Virus record (IMG/VR): IMGVR_UViG_2778261246_000007
Length of the DNA: 12,678 bases
DNA from: a virus
Lineage: Duplodnaviria; Heunggongvirae; Uroviricota; Caudoviricetes
Direction: 5' to 3' (one strand)
The position numbers and the translations under genes were made by a program. This document shows positions 1-8,191 of the stretch, piece after piece (the stretch's first letter is position 1; each line of letters opens with the position of its first letter). The notes under the pieces were generated by a model that saw only the letters and a program-made list of their open reading frames with translations, did not search any database and was not told the origin of the DNA.

Positions 1-141
1 TTACTGCTTACACTGTAAGAACGCCGCAAACTCCGCTCCCCAGAAGCTCATCCGTATTTCGCACAGCGAACCGTGCAGCATCCAGATGATGAGGATTGCC
101 GTCACGCAGAACGTGATGGCCGTAAGCGATTTTTGCGACAT
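1..141 (-). CDS. Hok/Gef-family type I toxin (small membrane peptide), 46 aa
   Basis: Reverse-strand ORF (ATG at 139-141, TAA at 1-3) translating to MSQKSLTAITFCVTAILIIWMLHGSLCEIRMSFWGAEFAAFLQCKQ. It has a hydrophobic N-terminal helix followed by SLCEIR and E-x-AAFL-x-CK, the Hok/Gef signature as I recall it (HokA-like). AAGGAG Shine-Dalgarno lies 8 nt upstream (rc of 150-155). The 8..271 ORF in the track is a different frame overlapping this gene, in the position of a mok-like reading frame. Confidence 0.6.
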   Translation of the reverse strand: MSQKSLTAITFCVTAILIIWMLHGSLCEIRMSFWGAEFAAFLQCKQ

Positions 142-331
142 AGCACTTGCTCCTTTTCAGGAGAGGCGCTAACCTTTCACTTGTCAAGGTAATGCGGTTA
201 GGGCCTCGGTTAAACAGAGATGTTTTCCGGGGCCTTTCCACATCTGGCCTTCGGGTATTCCCTCCGACCATCAGCCGAAAGGCACCCGCGCGTAATCTAT
301 CGCTTTTTTGTTACTCCGGCAATTCTGCTCG

Positions 332-592
332 TTAATTCTGAGATAAGGGCAAACTCATCTGATTGTTCCCCCTGTGTGAAGCTGGCAGAGCCTGCCACGG
401 TATGTCTTCTGAAGAATGAACTTCTGAGGTGTGTTTTGATGTGAACTTATGAAAAGCTTCCAGTGTTGAGAAGCATACGCCGCATTCCAGGTTATTACAC
501 TGGTAATACTTTTGCCGCACGGTGTTTGAGTCATTTTCCGGACGACTGGTGCGGATACGGGCAGACGCGCCACAAAGTGGACAACGGAACAT
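332..592 (-). CDS. ogr: Ogr/Delta-family zinc-finger late gene transcriptional activator
   Basis: 86-aa ORF MFRCPLCGASARIRTSR...YYQCNNLECGVCF with the C-x2-C...C-x4-C arrangement and ARTSR motif of P2 Ogr. Strong SD AAGGGAGG 5-6 nt upstream of the ATG (rc of 593-610). Confidence 0.88.
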   Translation of the reverse strand: MFRCPLCGASARIRTSRPENDSNTVRQKYYQCNNLECGVCFSTLEAFHKFTSKHTSEVHSSEDIPWQALPASHRGNNQMSLPLSQN

Positions 593-1016
593 AGCGACCT
601 CCCTTAACGTGGTGTTTCTATTATTCTAAGTTGTACTAATACTGATTCCAACTAACTGCTTGCTTTGAGTGAAAACCAGAAGTTTGCAGTTGAATTTTCA
701 CTGAGTAAGTAGTCGAGATTGACTATGCACTAGTAGGATTATTCTACGTGATTGAAGGCAACTTGTTGGTATGTAGATGATTTTACTGGTGGCAGTGTTG
801 TAAGTTTTTATCTCCCCGGTTTGTCTTTGACGCTATCTACTAGTTATTTAGTCGTGCTAAAATAAAACGCTGATTGAGTTCCTTTGGGTTAGGTTGATAA
901 CTCTCAGAGACTTTGGGAGGTGTAAGATTCGAACTTAATCGCTAAGTTTCATACTCTTGGCACTCGTTTGCCTCTACAAAAGTATGTTTTTTAACACAAA
1001 TAAAAGAAGTGCATTT

Positions 1017-2429
1017 ATGAGTATTCAACATATAAAAGTTGGCAGTATATCAGAAATTATTGATCTATCATCTAATTCTGGCGAGCATGCTGATTCTCAT
1101 CCTTTTATCCTCTCGAAGAACTGTGTATGGGGAGAACAGGGGGCAGAAATATCAATTGAGAAATTGCGCCAAAATATTGAGCCCTGGCTAACAGCTCTCT
1201 TCCAATCAGAGCATTTAAATTTATTAATCGGTGCAGGCTTAAGCTCGGCTATTCAAAAATCAGCTACAGGTTTATCTCCAGTAGGGATGGGGTGGATTAA
1301 TGATTTAAAAGTATGTAAAAGCGAAATAGATGAATTTTCCACTCAGGCTGCAAAAGCTGCAGGTCGCGACAGAGGAAATATAGAAGACCAAATTAGAACT
1401 ATCAATGAACTTATTAAAGGTCTCGAAATTTTAACGGTGTTAAATACTCCTCAACCAGAAAATCCGCCACCTCCTTATTCTGCTTATAGAAACTTAAAAG
1501 CAGACTTGGGCGAGCTCAAAGGCGAGCTTTCTAGATGCTTGGGGGAGTTTTCTAAATCTATAATTAAAGGAGAATATTTAATCAAAACTGCTGAACCAGC
1601 CCGGAAAGAGGAAACTTTCAACTATCTAGTTAGTTTTTTGATGAGCTTTGCAAGTAGAACTGCCACTCGCGATAGGCTACATATCTTTACAACAAATTAT
1701 GACCGTATTATTGAAGTGGGTGCTGAGCTTGCTGGTTTAAGACTTATTGATCGCTTTGTAGGAAGTATTGCTCCAGTATTTCGATCCTCAAGATTAGAAG
1801 TTGATTATCATTATAATCCTCCTGGAATCCGTGGTGAACCAAGATACTTGGAGGGCGTGGCACGTTTTACTAAACTTCATGGTTCCCTTGATTGGCATGA
1901 ACAAAATAATGCGATTAGGCGCTTTGGCTTACCCTTTGGAGCACGTTCTGTTGAGCCGTTTTTGGAAGCCGAAGGTCATCAAAGCAATGGCTATGAAAAA
2001 CTGATGATTTACCCTAATTCAGTAAAAGACAGAGAAACAGCCGAGTATCCTTATGTTGAGCTATTTCGAGATCTGGCAGCAGCAACTAGCCGTCCAAATA
2101 GCACATTAGTCACTTATGGTTATAGCTTTGGTGATGAGCATATCAATAGAGTAATTGAAGACATGCTTACGGTACCTTCCACTCATATAGTAATAATAGC
2201 CTTTGGCGATCCACTTGGCAGAATTATGCGTTTCATTAGTAATAGTGGAAGAAAAGCACAGATCACCCTTTTAATGGGAGATCATTTAGGAGACTTCAAA
2301 ACTTTAGTTGATAACTATTTACCTAAACCAGCTATTGATAAAGCATCAATCAAGATGGCAGAGTTGCTCAAACAAAGAGGCTTTATGCAGTTCAAAGAGT
2401 TAGGTAATTCAGCCGAAGTTGAGGTATGA
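1017..2429 (+). CDS. SIR2-like (SIR2_2/DUF4020-type) NAD-binding protein, predicted NADase effector of a SIR2-HerA system
   Basis: Motifs read directly from the translation: LLIGAGLS (nt 1221-1244, GAG Rossmann motif), FTTNYD (nt 1686-1703), KLHGSLDW with HGS (nt 1878-1886). Start is ambiguous: ATG 1017 is preferred (MSIQHIK...), alternatives are TTG 957 and ATG 984; none has a strong SD. The TGA stop at 2427-2429 overlaps the downstream start region. Confidence 0.82.
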   Translation: MSIQHIKVGSISEIIDLSSNSGEHADSHPFILSKNCVWGEQGAEISIEKLRQNIEPWLTALFQSEHLNLLIGAGLSSAIQKSATGLSPVGMGWINDLKVCKSEIDEFSTQAAKAAGRDRGNIEDQIRTINELIKGLEILTVLNTPQPENPPPPYSAYRNLKADLGELKGELSRCLGEFSKSIIKGEYLIKTAEPARKEETFNYLVSFLMSFASRTATRDRLHIFTTNYDRIIEVGAELAGLRLIDRFVGSIAPVFRSSRLEVDYHYNPPGIRGEPRYLEGVARFTKLHGSLDWHEQNNAIRRFGLPFGARSVEPFLEAEGHQSNGYEKLMIYPNSVKDRETAEYPYVELFRDLAAATSRPNSTLVTYGYSFGDEHINRVIEDMLTVPSTHIVIIAFGDPLGRIMRFISNSGRKAQITLLMGDHLGDFKTLVDNYLPKPAIDKASIKMAELLKQRGFMQFKELGNSAEVEV

Positions 2430-2431
2430 CA

Positions 2432-4465
2432 ATGAGTTATTTACCAATAGAAAAAATAGAACAACTAAGAATTGGAACTGTTGAGTTTGTATCACCTAAT
2501 GAAATTAGGGTGTCTTTAGAGATTGATTCTCCTGATTCAGTATCACTTCAAGGTGGGGCGCCTCGTAATTTTCCTAGAATAAATAGTTATATTTTAATCC
2601 GTAGTGATGACGGGTTTCTTGTTGGGCAAGTTGAGTGGATTGCAATAGAAAACTCGCCATATCCCAAAAGAAGAGGCTTACAAGATTTTGGGTTGATAGA
2701 CCTTCCTTTCCCACTTAAAAAGCTCAGTATCAATCCAGTTGGTACATTGAGAGTTGATAGAAAAAACGAAGGTTTCAGGTTCACGAGAGGAACTGATGCT
2801 TTCCCTTCGGTTGGTGACTCTGTGCTTTTGCCTACTGACCGACAATTACAATCAATAATTGAATCAGGTGATAATAGAAGGGTAAAAATAGGGGATAGCC
2901 CCCTAGCTAACAATGCTGAAATAAAAGTAGACCCCGATAGACTTTTCGGACGACATATAGCTGTTTTAGGTAATACGGGTAGTGGTAAATCATGTTCGGT
3001 GGCCGGCTTAATTCAATGGTCTCTTGATGCTGTTTTACAACAGGGAAAATCTCCAAATGCTCGATTTATAATACTTGATCCGAACGGAGAATATAGTAGA
3101 GCTTTAGGGCCAGAATCAAGATATAAGGGTAAACTATTACGTGTAGAGGCTAACATCGATGTCGGAGAGATGGATCTTAAAGTACCTTCATGGTTATGGA
3201 ATAGTTCTGAGTGGGCTGCTTTCACTCAAGCAAGTTCAAAGGTGCAACTTCCTTTACTACGTCGTGCTTTGAGGGCAATGAGGAATAATCTTCTATCAGA
3301 AGATGATGTGAAAATTCAAGCCAAACGCTTTTGCGGTATCCTTCTTGTATCTATGAGACAGCAGGCAAGTCAAGGTCAGATATATGTGAATAGTGGATCT
3401 GCTAAAGGTTTGGTTGAAACTTTGGGTTCTTGGAGAGATAGTATTTCTATCTTAAACGAGAGAATTGTTGATAAATCGCTCGATAAGCTAATAAACACAA
3501 TAAATACGTATCTTTCTTCACGAAGTGGATCTTCTTGGCCAGCAAAGCCTGTTGTTTCCGAGATTGAGTTGTTGATTAATGGATTTAGAGATGCATATAC
3601 AGCTCTAGGGGGAGATGAACAAGAACTTCTTCCAAAAAGCGAAGATGCGCCTATGCGTTTTAAAGGCGATGATTTTGTCGCATATCTCGAAGCTCTGGCT
3701 CAAGAAACAGGTACAGAACAATTCGTGGAGTTTCTTTTGACTCGTATTCGAACAATGCTAGGTGACACTCGTATTAGTGCAGTAACCAATGATTCTGTAA
3801 AGCCTATAAGTTTAACTAATTGGTTAGACACTTTTCTCGGTAAAAATGAACAAGGATCTATAACTGTTATAGATTTATCTCTAGTACCAAATGAAATAAT
3901 TCATTTGGTAACAGCTGTAATTTCTAGGGTGGCTTTTGAAGCACTACAACGTTATCGAAGATTAAATGGAAGGCCGCTACCAACAGTTTTAGTTGCAGAA
4001 GAAGCGCATACGTTTATTAAACGTTACAAGGAAGATAGTGAAACTCAGTCAGTCTCTGATATATGTTGCAAGGTGTTTGAAAAGATTGCACGGGAAGGAA
4101 GAAAGTTTGGGCTAGGCCTTGTTGTTTCTTCCCAAAGGCCATCAGAGCTATCTCCGACGGTTTTATCTCAATGTAATACTTTTTTGTTGCACAGGATTAG
4201 TAATGATAGAGATCAAGAGCAAGTACATAGACTTGTTCCAGATAATATGAGAGGGCTGTTGAGAGAGCTGCCATCGTTACCATCTAGGCATGCTATTTTA
4301 CTTGGATGGGCTTCAGAACTTCCTGTTTTAGTTAGAATGAAAGAGCTTACTGAAAAACAACGACCGCAATCTGATGATCCTGATTTTTGGGATGTGTGGT
4401 CTGGCACTACAAAAGAACCTCGGAAAGTTAATTGGCAACAGATAGCTGATGATTGGCAAAGTTGA
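2432..4465 (+). CDS. herA: HerA-family (FtsK/HerA superfamily) P-loop ATPase, partner of the SIR2 protein
   Basis: Walker A GNTGSGKS (nt 2969-2992), ILDPNGEY motif, Walker-B-like VLVAEEAH (nt 3986-4009), VVSSQRPSEL, and about 170 residues before the P-loop where HerA proteins have their HAS-barrel. ATG 2432 has GAGG 7 nt upstream; the alternative ATG 2426 overlaps the SIR2 stop as ATGA. Confidence 0.88.
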   Translation: MSYLPIEKIEQLRIGTVEFVSPNEIRVSLEIDSPDSVSLQGGAPRNFPRINSYILIRSDDGFLVGQVEWIAIENSPYPKRRGLQDFGLIDLPFPLKKLSINPVGTLRVDRKNEGFRFTRGTDAFPSVGDSVLLPTDRQLQSIIESGDNRRVKIGDSPLANNAEIKVDPDRLFGRHIAVLGNTGSGKSCSVAGLIQWSLDAVLQQGKSPNARFIILDPNGEYSRALGPESRYKGKLLRVEANIDVGEMDLKVPSWLWNSSEWAAFTQASSKVQLPLLRRALRAMRNNLLSEDDVKIQAKRFCGILLVSMRQQASQGQIYVNSGSAKGLVETLGSWRDSISILNERIVDKSLDKLINTINTYLSSRSGSSWPAKPVVSEIELLINGFRDAYTALGGDEQELLPKSEDAPMRFKGDDFVAYLEALAQETGTEQFVEFLLTRIRTMLGDTRISAVTNDSVKPISLTNWLDTFLGKNEQGSITVIDLSLVPNEIIHLVTAVISRVAFEALQRYRRLNGRPLPTVLVAEEAHTFIKRYKEDSETQSVSDICCKVFEKIAREGRKFGLGLVVSSQRPSELSPTVLSQCNTFLLHRISNDRDQEQVHRLVPDNMRGLLRELPSLPSRHAILLGWASELPVLVRMKELTEKQRPQSDDPDFWDVWSGTTKEPRKVNWQQIADDWQS

Positions 4466-4563
4466 GATGTTTAACCAATTTCCAGTGGGGCTATAAGCAG
4501 TGTCTCATATTTGAGATAGGAAGGAGCTGATTCCTTTCGATTGATACAGTACGAAATTATATA

Positions 4564-4589
4564 TGTCCGCTCTTGGCACAGAGCGGACA
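4564..4589. terminator. Perfect 9-bp inverted repeat hairpin between the convergent HerA and D genes; likely D terminator, possibly bidirectional
   Basis: tgtccgctc (4564-4572), loop ttggcaca, gagcggaca (4581-4589). On the minus strand it is followed by AT-rich tatataatttcg. It lies about 45 nt past the D stop and about 100 nt past the HerA stop. Confidence 0.4.
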
Positions 4590-4633
4590 GTCAGAAAACT
4601 GAAGGGGGTAGGCGTGCAATACATCTTAGCTGA

Positions 4634-5743
4634 TCAAGCTGTTTCTGCTATCCATTCCGGGATTTTTGCCTCAAGTTCAAGCTGCGTGGTAAAGCCGCTG
4701 TTATCAATGGTGTGCTCGGCTTTTGCAATAATCCAGTCCTGATTATCAATCTCGCTTTTAAATCCTGTTACCGTGCCATGCATTTCGGGGTAGAGTTCTG
4801 CTCGTCCACGTGCCAGCGTGATGGAGAATGATGCGGCTCCGCGTTGTAGTTGTTGCCACTTTGCCGCCGCTGCGCGTCTTGCTGCCTGCTCGTTCTGATA
4901 AGTCTTGCGTAACACAAACACATTGCCTTCCGCGCCTTCCATATAATCACCTTCACGGCTGCTGCTTTTCTCTTTTTTCGGTTTTGGCGGTTTGCGGCGT
5001 TTCACGCTGACTTTTTTCTTTTTCCCGTAATTAAGATCAAGCCAGTAAGCGCGTACCCCCGTATACGACTCGCGGTCAGCAATGCGGAACTGATGGCGAT
5101 CGCCGCTGCTGCGTGTGATGGCGAACGATGGCAACGGCTGGCCCTGTGCGTTCACGCCACCGCCGGGCATGATGAATAACAGATTACCGCTTTTTACTGT
5201 GGTGATTGCGCCCAGCATTTCCGCCATGCGCGTAAGGAAGGACATGTCACTTTCTTCGGTCTGGTCGGCGTGGTCGATTTCGATATCCATCAGCATTTCG
5301 CTGATTTGCGGTTTCAGACCGTACCGATGAGCGATGGCGGATACCACACGCTCAACGGTCACATCATGCCAGGACACCTCACGTTTAACGTTAAATTCAT
5401 CCCGAAAATCTGCGCTTCTGGCTGAAACAGTCAGCCTGTCCGGCGGTCCTTCGTGTGCGATTTCATCAACAATGTAAGTGCCTTTTTCTGTCAGCGGTTC
5501 GCCTTTCCAGCCAATGAGAACCGTCAGGCGCGCGCCCCGTGGCGCTAGCTGCAACTGACCATCCGCATCATCCAGCGTGATGGTGAGCTGGTCCGCCTCA
5601 AATCCCCGGTTGTCGGTCAGTGACAGGGTCATCAGGCGCTCTGCCACGCCTGACAGCGTTTTACCCTCCGCGAGAATATCAAAATCCGGCATTTTCACGG
5701 GGTCTGTGCCCTGACTGAGCAATTGCATGGTGGTATCGGTCAT
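4634..5743 (-). CDS. D: P2 gpD-like tail protein (late control gene D)
   Basis: 369-aa ORF with P2 D-like sequence as I recall it. Start is taken at ATG 5741-5743, preceded by AGGGAGGG SD (rc of 5749-5756), rather than the longer 413-aa track ORF. Confidence 0.85.
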   Translation of the reverse strand: MTDTTMQLLSQGTDPVKMPDFDILAEGKTLSGVAERLMTLSLTDNRGFEADQLTITLDDADGQLQLAPRGARLTVLIGWKGEPLTEKGTYIVDEIAHEGPPDRLTVSARSADFRDEFNVKREVSWHDVTVERVVSAIAHRYGLKPQISEMLMDIEIDHADQTEESDMSFLTRMAEMLGAITTVKSGNLLFIMPGGGVNAQGQPLPSFAITRSSGDRHQFRIADRESYTGVRAYWLDLNYGKKKKVSVKRRKPPKPKKEKSSSREGDYMEGAEGNVFVLRKTYQNEQAARRAAAAKWQQLQRGAASFSITLARGRAELYPEMHGTVTGFKSEIDNQDWIIAKAEHTIDNSGFTTQLELEAKIPEWIAETA

Positions 5744-5900
5744 CTGTTCCCTCCCTGTGTGGCATGGTCGCATGTGCGTGCGGAGGGGGTTACTGCTTTT
5801 TGTTGTCGCCGGGTCGGGAGAACGGCGCAGGGGTGAGATTACGCGCGTGGTGGGTGATGATTGTTGCCGAATCATTTAACGGATACAAGGGGCTGAAGCT

Positions 5901-7085
5901 ATGAGTGAAACTCGTTTTCATGGTGCCCGTGTTACGGAAAATACCGACCTGGTAACAGCGATTAACGATGTTGATTCCAGCGTTATCGGTATCGTGGCAA
6001 CGGCGGATGATGCGGACGCGAAGCTGTTCCCGCTGAACAAGCCCACATTGCTGACCCGCGTCAATGACGTGCTGGGAAAATGCGGAACAACGGGGACGCT
6101 TTATCGTGCGCTTAAGGCCATCGCAGACCAGGTGAGCACAAAGGTGATCGTCGTTCGCGTGGCTGAACACAAAGAAGAAGACGGAAAGACGCAGGATCAA
6201 CTGGTTATCGGTGGTTCTGAGGATGACGGCAGCTATACGGGGATGTATGCGTTGCTTGTTGCAGAGCAGGATGAAAGCATCGGATACCGTCCGCGTATTC
6301 TGGCCGCGCCGGAGCTGGACACGGAGGCTGTAACAAAATCCCTGTGCGTGATTGCAGGTAAACTGCGCGCGTTTGTGTATGCCTCATGTCACGGCTGTAA
6401 CACGATGGCTGAGGCGATTACCTATCGCCAGAAATTCAACGAACGTGAGGTGATGCTCTTATGGCCGGACTTCATCGCCTACAACCCGAAAAGTGGCAAA
6501 AACGAAACGTTCCCCGCGCCTGCCTATGCGTGCGGCCTTCGTGCGTACATTGACCATGAGCAGGGGTGGCACAAATCACTGTCCAACGTTCCGGTTAAAA
6601 ATGTGCTGGGGATGTCGAGGCATGTGTTCTGGTCGTTGCAGGCCGAAGACAGCGATGCCAACAGCCTCAACAACAAAGAAATCACGACCATTATTCGTCG
6701 CAACGGGTTCCGCTTCTGGGGCAACCGCACACCGGAAACGAACGCCTACATCTTTGAGGTGTATACCCGAACCGCACAGGTGCTGGCTGATTCAATTGCG
6801 GAAGCGCAGTTTGAAACCATCGACAGTCCACTGACGCCTGCGAACGTGAAGGATGTTATCAGTGCCATCAGGGCAAAACTGGATTCGCTGGTTACTGCCG
6901 GGAAACTGATTGGCGCGGAGTGCTGGTATGACGTGGTGGATAACGGCACCACGGATTTACGTCAGGGGCGTGTGCGTATTCGCTACAAATATACGCCCGT
7001 TCCGCCACTGGAAGACATGGAGCTTTACCAGACGTTTACTGATGAATTCTTTGGTCCCGCATTTGCGGTGCTGGGAGGTGCCTGA
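5901..7085 (+). CDS. FI: Contractile tail sheath protein (P2 gpFI-like)
   Basis: 394 aa with recognisable gpFI blocks (NKPTLLT, GFRFWGNRT, YTRTAQV, YKYTPVPPLE). SD aagggg upstream; stop overlaps the FII start as TGATG. Confidence 0.92.
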   Translation: MSETRFHGARVTENTDLVTAINDVDSSVIGIVATADDADAKLFPLNKPTLLTRVNDVLGKCGTTGTLYRALKAIADQVSTKVIVVRVAEHKEEDGKTQDQLVIGGSEDDGSYTGMYALLVAEQDESIGYRPRILAAPELDTEAVTKSLCVIAGKLRAFVYASCHGCNTMAEAITYRQKFNEREVMLLWPDFIAYNPKSGKNETFPAPAYACGLRAYIDHEQGWHKSLSNVPVKNVLGMSRHVFWSLQAEDSDANSLNNKEITTIIRRNGFRFWGNRTPETNAYIFEVYTRTAQVLADSIAEAQFETIDSPLTPANVKDVISAIRAKLDSLVTAGKLIGAECWYDVVDNGTTDLRQGRVRIRYKYTPVPPLEDMELYQTFTDEFFGPAFAVLGGA

Positions 7086-7597
7086 TGGCTGTACCAAAAC
7101 ATCTTCGCTTTTTTACGTTGTTTGTGGATGGTGAAAACGAAGTGGGTAAAGTGACATCCGTCACGCCGCCCAAACTGACGCGCAAAACCGACAGCTATCG
7201 TGGTGGTGGCATGATGGGGGCGGTAAGTATTGATCTCGGTCTGGACGACTCCGCGCTTGATGCGAGTTTTGTTATGGGGGGGGCTGTTCGTGCGCTGTTC
7301 CTTAAATATGGCGGCACGATTGACGGCACGCTGCTGCGTTTTGCGGGTGAATACTACACCGATGCAGAAAGCGATCTGTATGAAATCGAGATGCGCGGAC
7401 GTGTGACGGAAATTGATATGGGGGAAGCCAAACAGGGCGAAGCCACATCACACACTTACGCTGTCAAAAACACCTACTACAAGCTGAGCGTTAACGATCG
7501 CCCGCTGTGGGAAATCGACCTGTTGAACCACATCTACCGGAAGGACGGCAAGGACATTGTGCCTGACCGTATCCGTTCCGCGCTTGGGCTTGGCTGA
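7085..7597 (+). CDS. FII: Tail tube protein (P2 gpFII-like)
   Basis: 170 aa immediately after FI with overlapping stop/start, GGGAGGTG SD upstream; size and position match gpFII. Confidence 0.88.
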   Translation: MAVPKHLRFFTLFVDGENEVGKVTSVTPPKLTRKTDSYRGGGMMGAVSIDLGLDDSALDASFVMGGAVRALFLKYGGTIDGTLLRFAGEYYTDAESDLYEIEMRGRVTEIDMGEAKQGEATSHTYAVKNTYYKLSVNDRPLWEIDLLNHIYRKDGKDIVPDRIRSALGLG

Positions 7598-7652
7598 TAA
7601 GTAATATGCAGGCGGCGCAGTGCGTCGCCTCTGACTGAAAAGGAGACAACTG

Positions 7653-8027
7653 ATGAAAGACATCGATACTGAAACCCGGAATAACACCGTGGCGGATGAT
7701 GTGACGGCAGGTGAGGATATGGCTGTCGAACGTGGCGTAAAACTTTCCCGGCCAATTGAGCGTGGTGCCGAAAAAATCACATATGTGGAAATCACCGGGG
7801 CTATTGAGCAGGCGGGATCCCTGCGTGGTCTGTCGCTGTCTGATGTGCTGAATCTGAAAGCGGATACCATGTTCACGCTGTTGCCTCGCGTGACCTCGCC
7901 ACGACTGGATGAAGTGATGATTAAAAAAATGTCGTCACGCGATTTTATTCAGTTGTGCGCTGTGGCTGTAAATTTTATGAGCGAGCCAGACTCTGGCGCG
8001 AAGAGCGTGCAGGAGACGGCAGCGTAA
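7653..8027 (+). CDS. E: Tail assembly chaperone gpE-like (zero-frame product)
   Basis: 124-aa ORF with AAGGAG SD 7 nt upstream, located between tube and tape-measure genes as in the P2 FETUD operon. Confidence 0.8.
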   Translation: MKDIDTETRNNTVADDVTAGEDMAVERGVKLSRPIERGAEKITYVEITGAIEQAGSLRGLSLSDVLNLKADTMFTLLPRVTSPRLDEVMIKKMSSRDFIQLCAVAVNFMSEPDSGAKSVQETAA

Positions 8028-8191
8028 TTACCCTGGTGTGCTTTGAGCACATCGAAGATCTGGTGGCGGATATTGCCGCCATTTTTAACTGGTCGCCCGC
8101 CGAAATCTTCATGATGACGCCCGGCGAAGTGGTTAGCTGGCGTGAGCGGGCGGCACTTCGCAGCGGGAATGTAGATAATGAAGACTCTTGA
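7653..8191 (+). CDS. gpE+E' frameshift fusion product (E N-terminus to 7976, then -1 frame to stop at 8189-8191)
   Basis: Overlapping -1 frame ORF downstream of the slippery site; analogous to P2 E/E+E' and lambda G/GT. The fusion ends inside the start of T. Confidence 0.55.
7970..7976 (+). other. Slippery heptamer A_AAT_TTT for programmed -1 frameshift E to E+E'
   Basis: In the E frame the codons are gtA AAT TTT, an X_XXY_YYZ heptamer. The -1 frame from here is open to 8191 and matches the track ORF 7955..8191 (KFYERARLW...). Confidence 0.6.

Larger units (their letters stand above)
593..4633. other. AT-rich cargo insert between ogr and D carrying the SIR2-HerA operon
   Basis: Hand-counted 60-nt stretches inside are roughly 28-43 % GC, against about 65 % in a sampled stretch of the flanking FI gene. 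Both insert genes are on the strand opposite to the flanking phage genes ogr and D. No full GC computation was done. Confidence 0.7.

Noticed and set aside
280-331. Possible P2 attachment core just past the ogr stop
   Set aside because: Only a loose resemblance (aatctatcgctttttt) to my recollection of the P2 core; too weak to call without an alignment.
2587-4407. Reverse-strand ORFs (108, 70 and 64 aa) inside herA, and the + strand ORF 1801..2004 inside the SIR2 gene
   Set aside because: They are embedded in confidently assigned genes and have no supporting translation signals.
5744-5900. Ogr-dependent late promoter (TGT-N12-ACA box) in the D/FI spacer
   Set aside because: No TGT-N12-ACA dyad found on manual scan, so no promoter is claimed.
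5790-6200. 136-aa reverse-strand ORF overlapping the D/FI spacer and the start of FI
   Set aside because: It overlaps the strongly supported sheath gene, has no SD, and its translation is not protein-like.
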